Under the pieces are notes generated by a model. That model made no database searches. It saw only the letters and a list, made by a program, of their open reading frames with translations, and was not told the origin of the DNA. A stretch of 55,624 bases of DNA from Candidatus Aenigmatarchaeota archaeon (GTDB lineage: Archaea > Aenigmatarchaeota > Aenigmatarchaeia > QMZS01), in NCBI GenBank assembly GCA_003663355.1, contig QMZV01000001.1:1-55624 (forward strand), read 5' to 3'. Shown piece after piece: positions 9,337 to 15,383 of the stretch. Within the stretch, counting starts at the first letter, position 1. Each line of letters begins with the position of its first letter. A program made the translations under genes and the position numbers.

Positions 9337-9996
9337 ATGAGAAAAAGAGGTATTTTAGTTACATTTGAAGGTCAAGATGGTGTTGGAAAAACAGAATTGC
9401 TTAGAAGAGTCACTCTTAATCTCTTACAGATTGGTTATGATGTAAAAAGTATTGAAGAATTTTCTAATTCACCAATTGGAGATTATATAAAAGAGCTTCT
9501 TTCAAGAGATAAGTTTATACACATGAAACTAAATATACCCACATCGATAACAGAAACTATGATACTTATTTCTGATTTATATTTTCAAGACGAAATAGAA
9601 ATAAGACCCTTTATCAAAAAGGATTACATAATTTTGAAGGAAAGACATATAGATAGTATTTTTGCATGTCAAATACCAAAGATCCTAGAAGATTACCCAG
9701 ATAAGAAAACAGAAGAAATATATAACTGGCTAGAGTGTTTATGTAAAAATTTGTATACACCTGATTTAACTTTCCTTCTAATAGTTCCGCGAAAAATACA
9801 GTTAAAGAGAATTAAAACACGTGGAGAGACAGTTTCCATAAGAGATATAAAAGTTTTCGAAAAAAGAGGAGTAATATACCAAAATTTAGCTAAAAGATAT
9901 AAGGATAGAATTATCTTGTACAAAAATGTTGACACTCTAGAAAATGCAACAAAAGAAGTTACAAAAATTATTCTCGAAAAATATTCATTATTTTAA
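9337..9996 (+). CDS. tmk: thymidylate kinase-like P-loop kinase
   Basis: FEGQDGVGKT P-loop in the EGxDGxGKT form typical of Tmk. ERHIDSIFACQ resembles the DRYxxSxxAYQ region. About 220 aa. Confidence 0.65.
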   Translation: MRKRGILVTFEGQDGVGKTELLRRVTLNLLQIGYDVKSIEEFSNSPIGDYIKELLSRDKFIHMKLNIPTSITETMILISDLYFQDEIEIRPFIKKDYIILKERHIDSIFACQIPKILEDYPDKKTEEIYNWLECLCKNLYTPDLTFLLIVPRKIQLKRIKTRGETVSIRDIKVFEKRGVIYQNLAKRYKDRIILYKNVDTLENATKEVTKIILEKYSLF

Positions 9997-10145
9997 AAAA
10001 GCATCTTTCCTCTCCAGATCCAAACACCCTTTCCTAGACCTACAAACTTTACCCTTTACCGAGAACAGAAAAGCTTCTTTTACTATCAAATTAAATCCAA
10101 GCCCGGCTCTTGCCGAATATCTCCTTATTTCTTCCTCACTAAAAA

Positions 10146-10865
10146 CTATTTCCACCATGATAAAAGTTCTTTTTCTCCAAGGTTATCTATAATATTCCAT
10201 TCTTTAATAAATACTCCTTTAATTCTTCCATACAAATAAATCTTTGACTTCTTATTTATTCTTTCCTTACAAAAATCTATTATTTTTTCTATCTTTTTAT
10301 TTTTTTTAGGCATAATAGAAAGCAAATAGCCCAATCTCTGAAAAAAAGAAGATTTTTCTTTAGAAATGAGATCTATAAAATTATTCCAATTTATATTCCT
10401 TGCATGATAAATAGCTTCTAAAGTCTTTTTGAAAGGAACTATTTTGTAGTATTTTAAGGAATCATAAATTGCTTTTTCTGGAAACGCAACCTTATTTTCA
10501 ACATCTACATATTTGAAATTTATAGCTTTAAAATAGACAAGTTCGTAATTGCCGAGTTTATAATTCCTAATTTTTTCAGATGCAATGTATATTGTAAAAG
10601 GATATTCAGAAATAAAATGGTAATAATAAAGGGCAGCAGTTAAAGATATATATCCAGGTTCCAACATTGTTGCAATTTTAAAAGGATCAAAATTTTTGGA
10701 AACATAAACGCCTTTCTTTGGAGAAAGAATTGTTCCTTTCTTCACCATATTTGATAAAATAACCCGCAAAGATTTTTCTGAGGTTAGATTAAAATCTTTC
10801 AGAATATTAAAAGTTAGGATTTCTGCTTCTTCTATATATTCCTTAATCTTGGTTTCAATTTTCAT
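10146..10865 (-). CDS. AbiEi-like (type IV TA antitoxin / wHTH regulator) family protein
   Basis: N-terminal wHTH-like region ending in KKGTILSPKKGVYVS. C-terminal FFQRLGYLLS resembles the RLGYLLE signature of AbiEi-type proteins. ATG 10865 (MKIETKI) preferred. Confidence 0.5.
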   Translation of the reverse strand: MKIETKIKEYIEEAEILTFNILKDFNLTSEKSLRVILSNMVKKGTILSPKKGVYVSKNFDPFKIATMLEPGYISLTAALYYYHFISEYPFTIYIASEKIRNYKLGNYELVYFKAINFKYVDVENKVAFPEKAIYDSLKYYKIVPFKKTLEAIYHARNINWNNFIDLISKEKSSFFQRLGYLLSIMPKKNKKIEKIIDFCKERINKKSKIYLYGRIKGVFIKEWNIIDNLGEKELLSWWK

Positions 10866-10913
10866 AAATAATAAATAAAACTTTAACTTTTTATAATTTT
10901 TGAAACTGAACAT

Positions 10914-11377
10914 ATGTCGTTAAATACAAATCACCAACAGGAAAAATATTGGTATCAAGAGTTTTTTAGGAGATTTTATAAGTTATGAAGCTTTAGATGC
11001 CATGTTTGTTGCGTTTGGGCTGGAAGATATGATAATTACAAAAATGAAATTACTGTTTTTTTAATAAACCCGATTATCTAGCTACAATTGCAGAGGAATT
11101 ACTCCACCTGCACTTTTAGGAAATTACGAGAAAGTTGAAGATAAGAATAGAGGAAGAGAACTTGAAGGATTTCAAAAACAATTTTTACTGGCAGCTTTCC
11201 GAGTGCATACCTTGTTTAGTATTTTCCCATTCCGAGTTGAAATTGAAATTTGGCAAATATCCAGATTGGAAAGAAGTTAGAAAGGTTTTCAAAAAAATAA
11301 GACCTCTTTGGGATAACAAAAGAAATTTTACAGATTTTTTAAAAAATGCTTTCAATTTTATATCTCCTCAGAAATAA
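10914..11377 (+). pseudogene. decayed paralogue of the 3..572 gene (frameshift plus in-frame TAG)
   Basis: Reading across frames gives CVWAGRYDNYKNEITVF (compare CAWAGRYFYPKNEIEIF), AEELLHLHF* (compare AEELFHLYFW, TGG->TAG) and RPLWDNKRNFTDFL (compare KPFWKNRKNFTDFL). Only the last 80 codons remain an ORF. Confidence 0.7.
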
Positions 11378-12192
11378 ACAATATCAAAATGTCCAGGACA
11401 CAAGATTTTTGGATTCAATTTCTTTAATCTTTTCAAAGTTCTTTCACTTTCAATTTTAGACCCACTAGGATAAGTCCATCTGCCTTGGTAATTCTTCCCG
11501 AACCATGCATCTCCTGTGAAAAGAATTTTAGCTTTTTCTTCAAAGAGAGAAATCGAGCCATCTGTATGGCCTGGAGTTTCGAGAACTTTAAAATTGAATT
11601 TGCCAGTGGTTATTACATCGCCTTCCTTTACCACCTTATCAACTTTCGTTGAAATCAACTTTTTCGGACTTTTCTCGAGCAAAACTTTTTCGTTTAATTT
11701 TTCAATAGCTTCCATTTCTTTTCTACTGCAAACAATTTCGCATTTATTGATTTTCTTTAGTTCATTCAGGAAAAGAATGTGATCAAAGTGACAATGGGTA
11801 ATAACAATTAAATCTACAGGTTTCCTAACGAGGACACCAGCATCTATGAGCACTTTTTTCTCATCATCTATGTAATAGGTAAAACATCCTATCTCTGATT
11901 TAAACAACCATATTTTTTCTGTCACTTTTTCTGGAATAATCTCTATTAAATTTTTAATCTCAAGTTTTTTTATAAATTCCTCTACATCCATCTTTATCTT
12001 ATCTGGTCCTATATCTTTAAATTTAGAGATAAGAGCTCGTTGAATGTCTTCTTTTTGATTCTTCCCATTTAGTAGTTTTATTATTTCATAACCAACTTTA
12101 TTTGTTTCATGAAGTAATTCAGTTTCTGTATCAAATAATATAAACAGATTTTGCTGCCTTCTTATTTTTACAGATTGCTTAAGTATCATCAT
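11368..12192 (-). CDS. PqqD-like (RRE-type) N-terminal domain fused to an MBL-fold metallo-hydrolase
   Basis: Residues ~5-85 (LFILFDTETELLHETNKVGYEIIKLLNGKNQKEDI...MDVEEFIKKLEIKNLI) fit the PqqD pattern. The C-terminal half has ITHCHFDH (HxHxDH), TPGHTDGS, FTGD and CPGH. Confidence 0.7.
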   Translation of the reverse strand: MMILKQSVKIRRQQNLFILFDTETELLHETNKVGYEIIKLLNGKNQKEDIQRALISKFKDIGPDKIKMDVEEFIKKLEIKNLIEIIPEKVTEKIWLFKSEIGCFTYYIDDEKKVLIDAGVLVRKPVDLIVITHCHFDHILFLNELKKINKCEIVCSRKEMEAIEKLNEKVLLEKSPKKLISTKVDKVVKEGDVITTGKFNFKVLETPGHTDGSISLFEEKAKILFTGDAWFGKNYQGRWTYPSGSKIESERTLKRLKKLNPKILCPGHFDIVYF

Positions 12193-12372
12193 AATCTAAA
12201 CCACCGGATAGCATTTTTACTTAAAAGTTTTTCCTTTTGCTTGATGGATAGATTTCTATTATTTTTCACATAACCTAACTCATCACTATAAGATAATCCA
12301 TAAGGTTCGTCACTCCCCCACATAATTTTATCTTCATAACCTCTAACAACAAGATGGTAAATAATACAATAT
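12189..12372 (-). pseudogene. C-terminal remnant of a TIM-barrel amidohydrolase
   Basis: GYEDKIMWGSDEPYG...LSKNAIRWFRL matches the extreme C-terminus of amidohydrolase-2-type proteins (xxRxxFGSDxP...NAxRL). The rest of the gene is absent and the upstream part runs into the proS 3' end. Coordinates are approximate. Confidence 0.35.
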
Positions 12373-13812
12373 TTAATAACTTCTGCAAGCATAAACATAT
12401 ACTTTTGCTTCTTTACCACAAACCAAACACTTCTTATTTATTGGTTTATTCTCTTCTGGATACAGAGTCCCTACTATTTCACAAATTTCTTTTAATTTTT
12501 CAGCGCATTTTTTACCATTTTCATCTATTGAACAGAAAGGAATTTTAACAAAACCTTCTTTAATATTTTTCTTAAGTTCTTCTAGATTCTCCGCATATTT
12601 TATTCTTCCTTCAAACCATTTTTTTGCTTCTTTCTTTAAATTTTTTGTTATTTCTTTTCCTATTTCTTCTACTCTTTCTAATTCGTTAATTTTCAATTTT
12701 ATTCTTTCTTTTATATCTCTTCTTGAAATTGTTATTTCATTATTTTTAACTTCTCTAAGACCTATCTCAATTCTAATCGGCACACCTTTTAACTCCCAAA
12801 TATTAAATTTCTCTCCAGGAGTTCTTTCACTTTCGTCCAACAATACTCTAAATTTAGATAATTTATTCTTTATATTTTCGCAATAGTTAAGAATTTCTTT
12901 TTCTTCATCTTTTTTTAGAATTGGTATTATCACTATTTGAATAGGTGCTATTTCAAAAGGCAGTCTTAAACCTTTGTTATCTCCGTGAATAGAAATCAAT
13001 GCACCTACTACTCTTTCAGCGATTCCGTAACAGGTTTGCCAGACATACTTTTTTTTACCATCTTTATCTTGGAATTTTATATCAAAAGCTTTTCCGAAAT
13101 TCTGTCCTAAGTTAATTACTGAGCCTAGCTCCAAAGTTTTCCCGTCTGGTAATACAGTGAGAAAATCATAATTGTACAAGGCCCCTGCAAATGTATCCCA
13201 TTTTGGAGTTTTAATTATGAGATAAGGTATCAATAAATCATCAAAAAATTTTCTATAAATTTCTATAGCTTCTTTTATCTGTTCTTCTGCCTCTTCCTTT
13301 GTTGCATGAGCTGTGTGGGCCTCATTAAAAAATATAACTTCTCTCAACCTTAGTAGAGGTCTTGTCATTTTTGATTCACACCGGAATATGTTTACTGTCT
13401 GAAAAATTTTCAATGGTAATTGAGCATAACTTCTTATCCACATAGACCACATATAATACATTGCTGTTTCGCTTGTTGGTCTTAGAATAAGAGGTTCATC
13501 TAATTCTTTTTTTAATGTTTTTGTGACTAAATAGGCTTCTCCTTGAAATCCTTCAAAGAACTTCTTTTCTTTCATAAAGACAGAATAAGGAATTAATGTT
13601 GGATATCTCTCTTCTTTATGTTTATGGACTTTTAGTAACAACTCCAAAATACTTATGCATTTCTTTATTAAATCCAATCCATACCAACTGTAGACATACA
13701 TACCCTTTGCCGGAAACCTATCATCAATTATTTCAGCTTTTCTTAAAACTTTCAAATACCATTTTGAGAAATCTTTATTTTTATTTATTTCGAATTCTTT
13801 TTCTTTTGACAT
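12373..13812 (-). CDS. proS: prolyl-tRNA synthetase, archaeal/eukaryotic type
   Basis: DFSKWYLKVLRKAEIID N-terminus, class II core (LRPTSET, FRCE...LLRLREV, CYGIAERV) and a C-terminal CLVCGK Zn-type domain ending in Tyr. ATG 13812 preferred over the longer ORF. Confidence 0.9.
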   Translation of the reverse strand: MSKEKEFEINKNKDFSKWYLKVLRKAEIIDDRFPAKGMYVYSWYGLDLIKKCISILELLLKVHKHKEERYPTLIPYSVFMKEKKFFEGFQGEAYLVTKTLKKELDEPLILRPTSETAMYYMWSMWIRSYAQLPLKIFQTVNIFRCESKMTRPLLRLREVIFFNEAHTAHATKEEAEEQIKEAIEIYRKFFDDLLIPYLIIKTPKWDTFAGALYNYDFLTVLPDGKTLELGSVINLGQNFGKAFDIKFQDKDGKKKYVWQTCYGIAERVVGALISIHGDNKGLRLPFEIAPIQIVIIPILKKDEEKEILNYCENIKNKLSKFRVLLDESERTPGEKFNIWELKGVPIRIEIGLREVKNNEITISRRDIKERIKLKINELERVEEIGKEITKNLKKEAKKWFEGRIKYAENLEELKKNIKEGFVKIPFCSIDENGKKCAEKLKEICEIVGTLYPEENKPINKKCLVCGKEAKVYVYACRSY

Positions 13813-13976
13813 AATTAATTGTTGAACAATAAAATAGAATATTTCTTGTTTAAATGACACTTCTAAGGCCAGTTAAATAAATATTTGAAAGATTCGTAAA
13901 ATACAGCCAATATCTTCTCCTAATAGAAGTATTGGATTTCCTAAGATTTTTAAGAGAGAAAAGTATAAAACAAAAA

Positions 13977-14060
13977 ATGGAAACTGCACTTTTAAGTGAA
14001 AAATCATTAGGGAGAGATTGGTTATTGCCAGAAGAAAATGAAGCATGGAGAGATTTGTGA
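13977..14060 (+). CDS. 27-aa MazE-like antitoxin candidate
   Basis: METALLSEKSLGRDWLLPEENEAWRDL. The xSLxxDWxxPEExxAW tail is typical of small antitoxins preceding PemK/MazF genes. The stop overlaps the GTG of the downstream toxin frame (GTGA). Confidence 0.4.
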   Translation: METALLSEKSLGRDWLLPEENEAWRDL

Positions 14061-14369
14061 AAAGAGATGTCGTAGTAGTTCCCTTTCCTTTCTCAGATTT
14101 AACGCAAGCTAAAAGAAGACCTGCTTGCGAATTTAGAAGGAGACGACTTAATTCTTTGTCAAATTACAAGCAAATTAATTAGAGATAAATATGCAATTCC
14201 GCTAGAAGATTATGATTTTGTAGAAGGATCTCTAAAACAAAGTAGCAATATTGGACCTCACAGAATTTTTACTGCAGATTATCATATTATACTTTACAAA
14301 GTAGACACTCTCAAAGTTGAAAAAATTAATGAAGTTACAGAAAAGATAATAAGTATTTTAAAAGAGTAA
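14057..14369 (+). pseudogene. MazF/PemK-family toxin gene broken by a 1-nt frameshift
   Basis: Frame 1 reads VKRDVVVVPFPFSDLTQAKRRPA and then hits a stop. The next frame reads LEGDDLILCQITSKLIRDKYAIPLEDYDFVEGSLKQSSNIGPHRIFTADYHIILYKV...KE*. Together they form a complete PemK-like sequence, with the shift near 14124-14135. Confidence 0.6.
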
Positions 14370-14449
14370 AATCACTAACTAATAAGCAAACTCAAATACT
14401 CAGCACTAATTATTTTATTTGCTCAACCCAACTTCTTTCTCTATAAAAT

Positions 14450-14725
14450 CTAAAAATCACACCAGAAAGCAAGCAACTTCATCAAATTTAACATTGCAAA
14501 TTTCTTCCTCATCGAAATTAACATACCCGAATTTTTTTCCTTTAGAGCGTGTAAAGAGAAAAAGGATTTTCCAGCTCTCCTAACACCTTTAACAACTACT
14601 ATCTCTCCGGTTTTCATTAAAGATTTCAATTTCTTTAAATATTCTTTCCTTTCTATACTTTCATCTTTATAATTTCCCCAAAAATTCCAATCTATCAATA
14701 TTCTCAATATTTCATCTTTTTTCAT
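14450..14725 (-). pseudogene. N-terminal fragment of an archaeal AAA ATPase (COG1373/DUF4143-type), frameshifted and truncated
   Basis: MKKDEILRILIDWNFW...GEIVVVKGVRRAGKS (Walker A). The conserved YVNFDEEEI continuation appears in another frame. Fewer than 100 of the ~400 codons I would expect for this family are present. Confidence 0.55.
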
Positions 14726-14777
14726 AATATATCGGTAGGTTTTAATAATAAATATTAAAATATATCGGTAGGTTTTA
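14726..14777. repeat. 19-nt direct repeat (aatatatcggtaggtttta) x2 with a 33-nt period
   Basis: Copies at 14726-14744 and 14759-14777, immediately 5' of the ATPase fragment's ATG. Confidence 0.85.
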
Positions 14778-14900
14778 TTCAATACCAATAAAATAGTTAT
14801 TTCAAATCTTTGTATAAAAATTTTATAAAACTAAATCTTCTTTGAATTTTTTATCCAATATATAAGTGCTAACAAAGTTAAATGAAAAATATTTTCTATT

Positions 14901-15383
14901 ATGGAAATATATAAGAAATTAAAAGGTCAGGCTCTTTCTTTTGATTTTCTAATATCTGCTGCAATCTTCATTTTAATTCTTGCAATACTTTTAACTCAAG
15001 TTGGAAACAGTGCAAAAGAGTTGAATGAAATTAGAGAAAAAAATGAAATGATTCAGGAGGCATATAAATTAAGTGAAATTTTCTTTAATAAAGGTTATCC
15101 TGAAAACTGGAATAGCACAAATGTAAAAATTATTGGTTTGCAAAAAGATAATAGAATTGACTGGAATAAACTCAAAAGTTTGGAAAAAATCGGTTACCAG
15201 AAATCTTTAATTTTGCTTGGTTTGAAAAATGATTACAATTTTACAATTTTTAATGATACAACCCCAATTTATAGTTTTGGAAAAAATACAGAAAAAACTT
15301 CATCAATTATGAAAGTTGACAGAATTTCAATTTTAAATGGTTCAATTGTTTCAATTCAGATTCTAGTGTTCAATTATGATTAA
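14901..15383 (+). CDS. class III signal peptide (archaeal type IV pilin-like) protein
   Basis: MEIYKKLKGQALSFDFLISAAIFILILAILL has a basic N-terminus, a KG/Q prepilin-peptidase-type site, the GQxSxDFL pattern and a hydrophobic helix. Confidence 0.55.
   Translation: MEIYKKLKGQALSFDFLISAAIFILILAILLTQVGNSAKELNEIREKNEMIQEAYKLSEIFFNKGYPENWNSTNVKIIGLQKDNRIDWNKLKSLEKIGYQKSLILLGLKNDYNFTIFNDTTPIYSFGKNTEKTSSIMKVDRISILNGSIVSIQILVFNYD

Noticed and set aside
9944-10192. 82-aa plus-strand ORF between tmk and the AbiEi-like gene
   Set aside because: It overlaps both flanking genes and has no motifs. The minus strand of the same region carries the more plausible toxin stump.
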